44,740 bases of DNA from Candidatus Dojkabacteria bacterium (GTDB taxonomy: Bacteria; Patescibacteriota; Dojkabacteria; B142; OLB20): contig JAGQLL010000006.1 in the NCBI GenBank assembly GCA_020429395.1, positions 30,549 to 75,288 on the forward strand. The letters are read 5' to 3'. The position numbers and the translations under genes are program-made. Shown here piece by piece: positions 7,997 through 17,183 of this stretch. The number at the start of each line of letters is the position of its first letter. Position 1 is the first letter of the stretch. Below the pieces are notes generated by a model. That model saw nothing but the letters and a program-made list of their open reading frames with translations, was not told the DNA's origin and did not search any database.

Positions 7997-8358
7997 ATAA
8001 AATTGATATCATTAATAATCTGTATCCTCAATTCTTCCATAGAGTTAAATTTTATGGTTTCGCGAATAAATTCACCCAAAATCACCTTTACTGTTCGTTC
8101 GTATATGTCCCTGCTAAAGTCCAGTATGTGCACTTCAAATTGAGGTTTAGTTTCGCCGAACACAGCCCTTGGCCCATAATGAGCAACACCTTTATAAGGT
8201 TTCTTTTCAATGTAAATATCACAGGCATAAACGCCATACTTTAAACCTGAAATATCAATATTGGGTAAAATATTTGCAGTTGGAAAACCGATTTTTGTTC
8301 CATCCCCGGAACCTCTAGTCACTTTCCCTGAGAAGTTGGTTATCTGTTTCTTTCGCAT
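7984..8358 (-). CDS. riboflavin kinase (stand-alone RibF C-terminal-type domain)
   Basis: GTKIGFPTANI, GVYACDI, HYGPRAVFGE, FEVHILDFSRDIYERTVKV and FIRETIKFNSMEELRIQI match the bacterial riboflavin kinase domain. No FAD synthetase domain is attached. Confidence 0.8.
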   Translation of the reverse strand: MRKKQITNFSGKVTRGSGDGTKIGFPTANILPNIDISGLKYGVYACDIYIEKKPYKGVAHYGPRAVFGETKPQFEVHILDFSRDIYERTVKVILGEFIRETIKFNSMEELRIQIINDINFIGGR

Positions 8359-9286
8359 TATTTTCTAAACTAATTGCAATTATACTTAGTAATAATATCG
8401 CAATTCCAAATGCTTTTGCCATGGATAACTTATCTGGTTCTCCATAAGGATTAAGTGCTGTTATTGCTATAAGTACACTAACAATAGGGAATGTTAATTC
8501 TGCAAAGGTTGCAACCTTAGCCTCTGTACGTTTCAGTCCGTGATAATAAATCAAAATCGCACCTGCTCCTGTAGTTAAACCAATAACAATAAATCTCCAC
8601 ATCTCATCAATAGTTACATTCCAAGGATAATACTCTTGATTAATAGCAATCATAACAATAAGACTAATTGGGATTGCTAAGAAAAATCTGAGACTAGTTG
8701 CTTCAGAGAAAGAAAGCTTTCTAAGTAGGTACTTAGATAATATGGTTCCAAATCCCCAACAAAATGCTGCACCAACTGACAAAATGTAGATTAATTCTTT
8801 TCCTTTTAGTTGTAACTCTACCCCATCTGTACCAAAACTAATCATATAACTCCCAATTAATGCTAAAGGAACTAATGAAAGCAATTTCAAGCCAATTTTT
8901 TCTTTAAGAATAAGACGTGAAAAGACTATTACAAATAATGGTTGTAGTTTTTGAAGTAGCACAGGTGTCGAAAAATCATAAATTGCAAAACTATTTTGAA
9001 GTGCTTGCGTAAACATCAAAGTGGCACCTACGCTACTAACTAGTGTTAGTAAAATTGCAATGAACCATTCTTTGTTATTCAGCGTTCTAATCTTTTTAAT
9101 AGAACGGAAAAATAATGGGCTTATTATTACAAATCCAACTAGGTGTTCAATGAAAACTATGCCCGCTGGGGTAATAGTGTTTGAAAGTTCTGATCTTAAT
9201 ACTGCGTCTAAAGCCCAAAGTCCTCCAGCCAACATTATGAATAATGGAGCTATTTTTATTGAATTTAATTTTGCAAAAATTTTCAT
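8315..9286 (-). CDS. EamA/DMT-family transporter
   Basis: About 10 predicted TM helices in two similar halves, the typical drug/metabolite transporter layout. Confidence 0.65.
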   Translation of the reverse strand: MKIFAKLNSIKIAPLFIMLAGGLWALDAVLRSELSNTITPAGIVFIEHLVGFVIISPLFFRSIKKIRTLNNKEWFIAILLTLVSSVGATLMFTQALQNSFAIYDFSTPVLLQKLQPLFVIVFSRLILKEKIGLKLLSLVPLALIGSYMISFGTDGVELQLKGKELIYILSVGAAFCWGFGTILSKYLLRKLSFSEATSLRFFLAIPISLIVMIAINQEYYPWNVTIDEMWRFIVIGLTTGAGAILIYYHGLKRTEAKVATFAELTFPIVSVLIAITALNPYGEPDKLSMAKAFGIAILLLSIIAISLENNAKETDNQLLRESD

Positions 9287-9401
9287 CTTATATATTAATA
9301 ATATTTATGACAATTTCGAAGTAGGTTGATTGTATTAGTTTTCGCTTTTATAAACAAGTTTTCAGTACTCTATTTCATGTAGCTTATTATTTTTAAACAA
9401 A

Positions 9402-9428
9402 TTAGCACTTGACCACAACGTCTGCTAA
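9402..9428 (+). promoter_or_regulatory. CIRCE operator (HrcA binding site)
   Basis: TTAGCACTT-N9-GTCTGCTAA versus the consensus TTAGCACTC-N9-GAGTGCTAA. It lies 33 nt upstream of hrcA. Confidence 0.75.
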
Positions 9429-9438
9429 ATGATATATT
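9409..9438 (+). promoter_or_regulatory. candidate sigma-70-type promoter overlapping CIRCE
   Basis: TTGACC (9409-9414), 18-nt spacer, TATATT (9433-9438). Confidence 0.4.
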
Positions 9439-9460
9439 TTAACCTCACTTTATAAATAAT

Positions 9461-10183
9461 ATGACACCAAGACAAGTAAAACTTTTACATGCAATAATTG
9501 ATGACTTTATTAACAATGCCACAGCAGTTGGTTCTTTGAGTCTAACACATCGATACAATCTAGGTGTAAGCCCCGCAACTATCAGAAATGAAATGTCTGA
9601 TTTAGTTGAACAAGGTTATCTGGAGAAACCACATAGTTCATCAGGCAGGATACCAACAAATATGGCTTACAGATATTTTATTAGAGAGATTTTAGATGAA
9701 TTAGATGACTTAGAGCATACATTAACAGCAAATATTTATGAAGAACTATTCCAACATAGATTTGATTTTGACGATTTAATCTACCAAGCACTTGACCATC
9801 TATCTACTCAGACAAAAAATACAGCTATAGTGTTACTAGAAAACAGAATTTACTATTCTGGATTGTCATATTTAGTTGATAACCCAGAATTTTCAGATAG
9901 TAGAAGCTTAAGCTTATTGTTAACAATTCTTGAAAACAAACCTTTACTTAATAAAATATTTAACAGAGCAAAATCCAAAAACAGTGTAAAAATAATGATC
10001 GGAGAAGATTCAGGAATAGACGGACTTGATGATATCGCTTTTGTTTTCTCAGATATTAATCTTCACGGTAATAAAAAAGGATATTTAGCCGTATTAGGCC
10101 CCACTCGTCTGAATTATCCAAAAGTAATCCCCCTAGTGGATTTCTTTTCACATAGTTTAAATCAAGTTATATCAGGTTGGTAA
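9461..10183 (+). CDS. hrcA: heat-inducible transcription repressor HrcA (short, 240 aa)
   Basis: The N-terminal wHTH LGVSPATIRNEMSDLVEQGYLEKPHSSSGRIPT is diagnostic. A CIRCE site lies upstream and grpE-dnaK downstream. Confidence 0.85.
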   Translation: MTPRQVKLLHAIIDDFINNATAVGSLSLTHRYNLGVSPATIRNEMSDLVEQGYLEKPHSSSGRIPTNMAYRYFIREILDELDDLEHTLTANIYEELFQHRFDFDDLIYQALDHLSTQTKNTAIVLLENRIYYSGLSYLVDNPEFSDSRSLSLLLTILENKPLLNKIFNRAKSKNSVKIMIGEDSGIDGLDDIAFVFSDINLHGNKKGYLAVLGPTRLNYPKVIPLVDFFSHSLNQVISGW

Positions 10184-10185
10184 AT

Positions 10186-11079
10186 ATGGAAAATTTTAAT
10201 AAACTCACAAAACAAATTGTCGATACAACCAAGATGCTTCTAATACGACTAGATGAATTAGAGGTTCCCTCAGAATTAATCCGAATAGATTACGTCAAGG
10301 TGAATATCGATCAAAACACTTTCAATATTATCCGTTCAGAAGTATCTAATTCAGCAATTATTATCGCTGAAAATGACCAAGAAAAGATCCTTCTACTAAA
10401 TCACGGATTTGAAATAGTAAAAGATCAAATTTTAGAGAAAATAATTTTTAATATATCAGAAGTAGAGAATCCTGAAATTGATACTATTGTTTTCCATGTC
10501 GATAATATTACTGAACTAAACATAAACCTTCAGAAGAAAGGACTTCATGTGTCTAAAATTGAAAAAGATGGTAATACAGCAAAATTTTCTTTAAATAAAG
10601 AAGCTACAAATATAATTTTTACAAATTCACAATTGGCTCAGAATGAAGAATTAATGGCTCTTAAAACACGTCTTGTTCAAGAAAATGAAGCTAAGTTAAG
10701 AGTAATGGCTGATTTTCAAAATTACAAAAAAAGAATTGCACAAATTCAGAGAGAATCGCTTGATATGGCAAATAAAAACCTAATTGATCAGATAATAGAG
10801 GTTGTCGATGACTGTAAAAGAGCAATTAACAATGAAAATCATGACGGACTGGACCTGCTACTTGAGAAACTTACGATAGTATTAAAAAACCAAGGCCTAG
10901 AACAAATTAACATACAAAAAGGAGATAAATTCAATCCTGAAACCATGGAAGCAATTTCATCAACTCCTAAATCCGACGATCAAGTTGCAAATACTGTAGT
11001 TCATATTGATCAATTTGGATACAAATATACATCTACAAACAAAACATATCGATCTGCAAAGGTCATAGTAACCAAATAA
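10186..11079 (+). CDS. grpE: nucleotide exchange factor GrpE with a ~150-aa N-terminal extension
   Basis: The C-terminal half (LKTRLVQENEAKLRVMADFQNYKKRIAQ ... GYKYTSTNKTYRSAKVIV) is GrpE-like. I prefer the ATG at 10186 over the TTG at 10177. Confidence 0.85.
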   Translation: MENFNKLTKQIVDTTKMLLIRLDELEVPSELIRIDYVKVNIDQNTFNIIRSEVSNSAIIIAENDQEKILLLNHGFEIVKDQILEKIIFNISEVENPEIDTIVFHVDNITELNINLQKKGLHVSKIEKDGNTAKFSLNKEATNIIFTNSQLAQNEELMALKTRLVQENEAKLRVMADFQNYKKRIAQIQRESLDMANKNLIDQIIEVVDDCKRAINNENHDGLDLLLEKLTIVLKNQGLEQINIQKGDKFNPETMEAISSTPKSDDQVANTVVHIDQFGYKYTSTNKTYRSAKVIVTK

Positions 11080-11101
11080 TATTAATTTTTAAATATTTAC
11101 A

Positions 11102-13036
11102 ATGAGTAAAATTATCGGAATTGATCTTGGAACAACAAACTCATGCGTAGCATTTGCTAGCGGGGGTGATCCTGAGGTCATTACAAATAAAGAAGGTGCT
11201 AGAACTACTCCTTCTGTTATCGCAATGAACAGCGATAATCAAGACGTTCTTGTCGGTATTACTGCCAAAAATCAAATGGTAACTAATCCAGAACAAACTT
11301 TTTATTCAATAAAACGTCTAATCGGACGAAAATGGGATGATCCAGAAGTACAAAGAGATGTAAAACTTCTACCATTTAAATTGAGAAAAAGCTCTAAAGG
11401 TGGAGTTGAAATCCAATTTGGAGACAAATGGTTGCCAGCTGAGGCAATTAGTGCAAAAGTACTAGCTAAGATAAAAGCTGATGCAGAAGCATACCTGGGT
11501 GAAGAAATTAAAGAAGCTGTTATAACAGTTCCAGCCTACTTTGATGATTCACAAAGACAGGCCACAAAAAATGCTGGAAAAATTGCTGGTCTAGATGTTA
11601 AAAGGATAATCAACGAACCTACAGCTGCTGCTCTAGCGTATGGATTAGACAAAAAGGGTGAGAAAACTATAGCTGTATACGATTTAGGAGGTGGAACATT
11701 TGACATCTCTGTTCTGGAAATTGGAGATGGAGTCTTTGAAGTTAAATCCACAAATGGAGACACCCATTTAGGAGGTGATGACTTTGATCAAAAAATTATT
11801 GACTGGCTAGTTGATACATTTAAAAAGGAGCAGGGAATTGATTTGAAAGAAGACCCCGCAGCATTGCAACGACTTAAAGAGGCTGCAGAAAAAGCAAAAA
11901 TCACTCTATCATCTGCTGAAAAAACCGAAATTAATCTTCCTTATATAACTGCAGATTCAAAAGGTCCTAAACATTTAAGGATTGATATGACCAGAGCTGA
12001 CTTAGAAAAGCTTATCGGGGATCTAGTAGATAAAACACTAGAACCTGTAAAGAAAGCACTCAAAGATGCAGGTGTAACAAAAGAGGAGATCGGTGACGTA
12101 GTTATGGTTGGAGGAATGACTAGAATGCCATTGGTGGTGAAGAAAGTGAAAGAATTTTTCGGTAAAGACCCACACCAAGGTGTTAACCCCGATGAAGTTG
12201 TAGCAGTAGGTGCCGCAATTCAAGGTGCAGTACTTGCAGGAGACTCTAGTGTAAGTGATATAACCTTACTAGATGTAACTCCTTTAACACTTGGTCTAGA
12301 AACATTGGGAGGTATTAGAACTCCATTAATTGAGAGAAATACTACTATTCCTACAGAAAAGTCTCAGATATTCTCAACCGCTGCAGATAACCAAACCAGT
12401 GTAGAAATTCATGTTCTTCAGGGTGAAAGAGAAATGGCAAAAGATAACAAAACGTTAGGTAGATTTATATTAGACAACTTACCTCCTGCTCCTAGAGGAC
12501 TTCCCCAAATAGAAGTGGTTTTCAAACTAGATGCAAATGGAATACTACATGTTACTGCTAAAGACAAAGCAACTGGAAAAGAACAATCAATCACAATTAC
12601 AGCTTCTACTCAATTAGATGATAGTGAAGTGGACACCCTTGTCAAAGAAGCCGCAAAACATGCAGAGGAAGATAAGAAGTTTAAAGAGAATGCGGAGACA
12701 AAGATTGAAGCTGAAAGCTTGATATTCCAGGTGGAGAAATTTATTGAAGAAATGAAAGACAAATTTAGTGATGAGGAGAAAGAAGAATTAAAGAAAAAGT
12801 CAGAAGAACTAAAAGAATTAATTTCTAAAGAAGGATTTGATATTACTGAAGTGAAAGATAAAACAAAAGAATTATCAACCAAACTTCAGGAAAAAGGTGC
12901 AGAAATGTATAAGAAAGCTTCCGAAGAAGAAAAGAAATCATCAGATGAAGATAAGGATAAAAAAGATGATGACCACAAAGATGATGAAGATAAGGAAGAC
13001 AAACCAGAAGAAGGAGAAGTTATAGACAAAGATTAA
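11102..13036 (+). CDS. dnaK: molecular chaperone DnaK (Hsp70)
   Basis: [39 protein letters not shown] and the full Hsp70 architecture. Confidence 0.97.
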   Translation: MSKIIGIDLGTTNSCVAFASGGDPEVITNKEGARTTPSVIAMNSDNQDVLVGITAKNQMVTNPEQTFYSIKRLIGRKWDDPEVQRDVKLLPFKLRKSSKGGVEIQFGDKWLPAEAISAKVLAKIKADAEAYLGEEIKEAVITVPAYFDDSQRQATKNAGKIAGLDVKRIINEPTAAALAYGLDKKGEKTIAVYDLGGGTFDISVLEIGDGVFEVKSTNGDTHLGGDDFDQKIIDWLVDTFKKEQGIDLKEDPAALQRLKEAAEKAKITLSSAEKTEINLPYITADSKGPKHLRIDMTRADLEKLIGDLVDKTLEPVKKALKDAGVTKEEIGDVVMVGGMTRMPLVVKKVKEFFGKDPHQGVNPDEVVAVGAAIQGAVLAGDSSVSDITLLDVTPLTLGLETLGGIRTPLIERNTTIPTEKSQIFSTAADNQTSVEIHVLQGEREMAKDNKTLGRFILDNLPPAPRGLPQIEVVFKLDANGILHVTAKDKATGKEQSITITASTQLDDSEVDTLVKEAAKHAEEDKKFKENAETKIEAESLIFQVEKFIEEMKDKFSDEEKEELKKKSEELKELISKEGFDITEVKDKTKELSTKLQEKGAEMYKKASEEEKKSSDEDKDKKDDDHKDDEDKEDKPEEGEVIDKD

Positions 13037-13054
13037 CAATCTTCTGAAAACACT

Positions 13055-13086
13055 AAAAGTCCCTGCTTTGCCAGGGACTTTTATTT
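13055..13086 (+). terminator. rho-independent terminator after dnaK
   Basis: AAGTCCCTG-cttgc-type loop-CAGGGACTT followed by TTATTT. Confidence 0.7.
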
Positions 13087-13120
13087 ATGGTTTTAAAGGT
13101 TTAATTTGATATCATTAAAT

Positions 13121-14386
13121 ATGGAAATTTTATTTGTATTAACAATCTGGTTCGTTAAATCTTTAACTTTAATTCTCAGGATTACTAGAAGAGGACGAGG
13201 GACTGCATTGCCGGGATTAATAATTGAAAAGTATTTTCCCAAATTGATTCCGTATATCTTACAAAAATCTCCCTACACTATACTTATCACAGGCACGAAT
13301 GGAAAAACAACAACTAGAACTTTTCTAAACAACATACTCCAGTCCAATCACAAAGTATTACAAAATAGAAGTGGTTCGAATTTAATTCGTGGAATCGTTT
13401 CGGAAATTATTTCACAAACCAATATTTATGGTCGTCTAGACTACCAATTTGCTGTTTTCGAAGTTGAAGAAGCAAGCATGCCCAAGATAACCAAGTATAT
13501 AAAACCTGAACAAATAATTGTGACGAATTTATTTCGTGACCAGTTAGATGCTTATGGAGAAGTTGACAGAACACAAAGATTTATACAAGAAGCAATTGAT
13601 TTATCTCCAAATTCACTAATAATTCTAAATAATGATGATCCAAGAGTTAACTCTATAAAAGTTGTCAATGCAAAAAATGTTCTCTATTTCGGTATAAATG
13701 ACGAACTAGTGAACAAATTTGGTTATGAGGGGATCAAATCTAAAAACAAAAATGATGGTGAATATGCCTCAAACCTTAGAATTCTAGAGAATCTAGGGAC
13801 TTCTTTTGACTACGATAATCAGCAATTTCAAATAAATATTCCAGGATATTTCAATGTATACAACGCAATGGCTTCTATCTTAAGCGCTTTTAGCATCGGA
13901 ATTCAGATAGAAGATATTAATCACGCACTGAAAGCAACAAAACCTGCATTTGGAAGAGGAGAAATTATCAACTTGAACGGAAAAAAACTTCATATTTTTC
14001 TAGTAAAAAATCCAGCAGGTTTTAATCTGAACTTAGATTTGCTTAAGAATCTTAATAATTTGAATCTATGTCTAGTTTTAAACGATAATACGGCTGATGG
14101 CAAAGATGTCTCATGGATCTGGGATAGTAATTTAGAATTACTAAATGACTTTGACCTCAATACAATATTTTGTTGTGGTTCAAGATCCGAAGATATGTTA
14201 CTACGATGTAAATACGCACTAAATGACGAAAATATGGAATCTATTAATTTAATCGAAATTAAAGAGATTCACAAACTCATAGAAAAAATCAAAGTCTCTG
14301 AAGAAAAATCTTACTATCTTCTTCTTACCTATACAGCTATGCTTGAATTAAGAAAAATTATTACTGGGAACTCACTAAATGTATAA
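13121..14386 (+). CDS. murT: lipid II isoglutaminyl synthase subunit MurT (Mur ligase family)
   Basis: LPGLIIEK, ITGTNGKTTT, VTNLFRDQLDAYGE, NPAGFN and LNDNTADGKDVSWIWDS closely follow the MurT pattern. It is paired with gatD. The ATG at 13121 is preferred over the TTG at 13106. Confidence 0.88.
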   Translation: MEILFVLTIWFVKSLTLILRITRRGRGTALPGLIIEKYFPKLIPYILQKSPYTILITGTNGKTTTRTFLNNILQSNHKVLQNRSGSNLIRGIVSEIISQTNIYGRLDYQFAVFEVEEASMPKITKYIKPEQIIVTNLFRDQLDAYGEVDRTQRFIQEAIDLSPNSLIILNNDDPRVNSIKVVNAKNVLYFGINDELVNKFGYEGIKSKNKNDGEYASNLRILENLGTSFDYDNQQFQINIPGYFNVYNAMASILSAFSIGIQIEDINHALKATKPAFGRGEIINLNGKKLHIFLVKNPAGFNLNLDLLKNLNNLNLCLVLNDNTADGKDVSWIWDSNLELLNDFDLNTIFCCGSRSEDMLLRCKYALNDENMESINLIEIKEIHKLIEKIKVSEEKSYYLLLTYTAMLELRKIITGNSLNV

Positions 14387-15185
14387 CGACAAACATAAAT
14401 TAAAATTTGTTCACTTATATCCCGAAGAGATGAATATATATGGGGACATGGGTAATGTTTTAACCTTGAAGAAACGATGTGAATGGAGGGGTATTGAATT
14501 CGAAATAACAAATATAAATCTTAATAGCAATAAATTTGAACAAGGCGATATATATTTTATGGGTGGTGGTCAAGATAATGATATGTATAAAGTCTTTGAA
14601 GATCTCCAGAAATATAAAAATACATTTTTAAATGATGAAATTGCCAACAATAAGCAATTTTTGTTAATTTGCGGTGGCTTTCAACTATTTGGTAAATATT
14701 TTATCGATTTTCAAGGAAGGCAAATTAGTGGATTAGGAATTCTGCCTCTAGAAACTAAAGCTCCTAGCGACAACCTACACGATCGATGTTTAGGAAACCT
14801 AGTAACAGAAATAAATCCCAACCTTATAGAAGAAGTTAATAAATACTACGGAAAGAAATCCTCTAATTATCTAGTCGGATTTGAAAATCATGGTGGACAA
14901 ACATATTTTACCGATGATTCAGTATCTCCACTTGGAAAAGTAATAATAGGTTCTGGAAACAACTCAAAAGAAATGATTGAAGGAGTTTTTTATAAAAATA
15001 TTATTGGTTCGTATATGCACGGTTCTTTATTACCAAAAAATCCTCATCTTGCAGATTTCATAATTGGTCGTGCATTGTTCCGCAAATATGGTGAAAGTTT
15101 CCAATTAACAACCCTTAATGATTCTGTTGAGTGGAATTCTCATAAAGCAATTTTAAACAAAATGGGTGTTACCTATAATTTTTAA
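14379..15185 (+). CDS. gatD: glutamine amidotransferase GatD (CobQ-type, MurT partner)
   Basis: NIYGDMGNV, YFMGGGQD, LLICGGFQLFG (nucleophile Cys), VGFENHGGQTY and YMHGSLLPKNP. 8-nt overlap with murT. Confidence 0.88.
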   Translation: MYNDKHKLKFVHLYPEEMNIYGDMGNVLTLKKRCEWRGIEFEITNINLNSNKFEQGDIYFMGGGQDNDMYKVFEDLQKYKNTFLNDEIANNKQFLLICGGFQLFGKYFIDFQGRQISGLGILPLETKAPSDNLHDRCLGNLVTEINPNLIEEVNKYYGKKSSNYLVGFENHGGQTYFTDDSVSPLGKVIIGSGNNSKEMIEGVFYKNIIGSYMHGSLLPKNPHLADFIIGRALFRKYGESFQLTTLNDSVEWNSHKAILNKMGVTYNF

Positions 15186-15976
15186 TCAATTCCAAGAAAT
15201 ATTTTTTGTATCTTCTCTGGAAACTCCGCTACATCTTCTGGAAAGTTTTTCGTAATATCAGTGATAATTTCCTCTGGCGAGGTGATGATTTTACTTTTTA
15301 TTAATTTCTCTTTGTATGCATCTTTTCCGATAAGAGCAAAATCTCTAACCTCTTCATCGACACGTGATGATATCTCGTATAGATCAAATGATGTTTTGAA
15401 ATGTGGTATTTTTCTCAATTCCTCAATTACCATCTTTACTTCGGATTCAATACTCACATGAGTGTTGTCTATAACAAAATTGAACTTGCGATCAATGAGC
15501 TCTTCATCAAATATATCAATATTATGTAATTCCTTGAAAAATTTTTGATTGATTTCATCCCTATGTTTTAGAACTTCCATTGCACCCTCACGTTCGTCTT
15601 TAACAACTTTTTTGACTCTTTCTTCGAAATCACTTTTTAGAAAAATTGAGAATATTTTTGGATGTTTGCCAATCAAAAATGTTCCAATATCCGAATCAAC
15701 AATAATCCTTTCTCCTTCAATTAATTTATAATCTCTGTATCTATCAGCGGTTGGGCCAATAATAGGTTCAATCAAATCGTCAGATTTTGGACGATTGAAA
15801 CCTTCTTCACTGTAACCGAGTTTAGAGCCTATGTAACGGAAAACACTTCCAAGATATAAATTTTGATAATTAAAAAGTTTTGAAAGAATTAATGCCAATG
15901 ATGTAGCTCCACTTCCACTCCATCCACTCACTGAGAAGTTCATGGTATTAATATCTGCGTTATATTCTGATGACAT
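15182..15976 (-). CDS. cytidylate-kinase-like family protein (P-loop without Lys)
   Basis: NFSVSGWSGSGATSLALIL resembles the GSGG/GSGA-type loop of cytidylate-kinase-like proteins. Last gene of the long minus-strand operon. Confidence 0.4.
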   Translation of the reverse strand: MSSEYNADINTMNFSVSGWSGSGATSLALILSKLFNYQNLYLGSVFRYIGSKLGYSEEGFNRPKSDDLIEPIIGPTADRYRDYKLIEGERIIVDSDIGTFLIGKHPKIFSIFLKSDFEERVKKVVKDEREGAMEVLKHRDEINQKFFKELHNIDIFDEELIDRKFNFVIDNTHVSIESEVKMVIEELRKIPHFKTSFDLYEISSRVDEEVRDFALIGKDAYKEKLIKSKIITSPEEIITDITKNFPEDVAEFPEKIQKIFLGID

Positions 15977-15978
15977 AT

Positions 15979-16713
15979 CTAGTTAATTAATGTTGATGAT
16001 TTTAACCTTTTTTCAATGGTGTTTTCAATCCAATAACGATTAATGTAGCTAATCATCTTGTGTGTTTCACCATCTACTTTAAGTCTTAGACAATCTGATA
16101 AACTATTTTCTAGATAATATTTTTGTATTTTTAATACTCTGTCGCTAATTACCTTCCCTGTTTTGTCTGACTTTGTAAGATTATATCCCAACTCATTACC
16201 GAAGGATAGAATTCTAGTTTGTTTCTCCAATATTGGCTCTCCAGATTTCACATAGTCAACAATGTTTGGTGTAAACCCAGCTAGATCGAGTAATTTAAGT
16301 TCGAAAGAAGTTAATAATTGAGGAAATTTGCTTTTATTTAATGAGGTGAGTTCAAGTAAGTCATACATCAACGTATACGCTTTAATCTCATCATCGTTAG
16401 TTGAATTTAATTTCTCTATAATCTCTAGAATATATAGTAAGTGATTTACTATATTTTTATCTTGTTTAATATCTTGATAATCATTTAATACCTGTACTTC
16501 TTTTAGTAGATCTATACTTTTCGTCTCGTAATAAGTAAATCTTGTGTGGTTTAGTAAATCAATTGATGAGACACGTTTTGAGCTTGATTTTCCGACACCC
16601 TTTGCTACAGTTTCAACATTTCCATGTTTTTTGGTAAGGAAAACAACTAACTTATCTGCCTCAGGAAACTGTTTGATTTTTATAATAAAACCATACTCGG
16701 ACTTTGTTTTCAT
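15979..16713 (-). CDS. recO: DNA repair protein RecO
   Basis: N-terminal OB-fold pattern GFIIKIKQFPEADKLVVFLTKKHGNVETVAKGVGKSSSKR, with length and layout typical of RecO. Confidence 0.8.
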   Translation of the reverse strand: MKTKSEYGFIIKIKQFPEADKLVVFLTKKHGNVETVAKGVGKSSSKRVSSIDLLNHTRFTYYETKSIDLLKEVQVLNDYQDIKQDKNIVNHLLYILEIIEKLNSTNDDEIKAYTLMYDLLELTSLNKSKFPQLLTSFELKLLDLAGFTPNIVDYVKSGEPILEKQTRILSFGNELGYNLTKSDKTGKVISDRVLKIQKYYLENSLSDCLRLKVDGETHKMISYINRYWIENTIEKRLKSSTLIN

Positions 16714-17183
16714 AGTCCTAATTTTTGAATAATACCACTTGAAGAAAAATCATCAGTTTTTTTCACGATAATCAACTTCCCTCCAATACTTTCAATTACT
16801 TCTTTTTTATTAACAATGCCTGGATCTCCTTCTACTACTGCTAAATATTCTGGTTGCATCTCCACTACGAACTTTCTTAGGTCTTCCCAAGATGATTGCC
16901 ATTTATGAATATAGTCAATTGTTTCTAAATGTGAGAGTGCTTCTGCTCTCTCATCTTGGTTAAAAATCGGTCTATTTGTGCCTTTCCTACGTTGAATTTC
17001 ATTATCACTAAGTATCACTAGTAGTACTTTTACATCATTAGAAATTTGGGTTTTAACTGAAGAAAAAAATCGAAGATGTCCCAGATGGAGAACATCGAAG
17101 CTGCCCGTGATTAGGACAACTTCGTGTTCTTTAAATATCTTAATAACATCTTTGTCGTTAATAATTTTTGACATTAGCCACAT
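16710..17183 (-). CDS. cytidylyltransferase-family nucleotidyltransferase (RfaE domain II / RibL-like)
   Basis: VLITGSFDVLHLGHLRFF (HxGH motif), RKGTNRPIFNQDERAEALSHLETIDYI, and C-terminal FSSSGIIQKL. Confidence 0.6.
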   Translation of the reverse strand: MWLMSKIINDKDVIKIFKEHEVVLITGSFDVLHLGHLRFFSSVKTQISNDVKVLLVILSDNEIQRRKGTNRPIFNQDERAEALSHLETIDYIHKWQSSWEDLRKFVVEMQPEYLAVVEGDPGIVNKKEVIESIGGKLIIVKKTDDFSSSGIIQKLGL

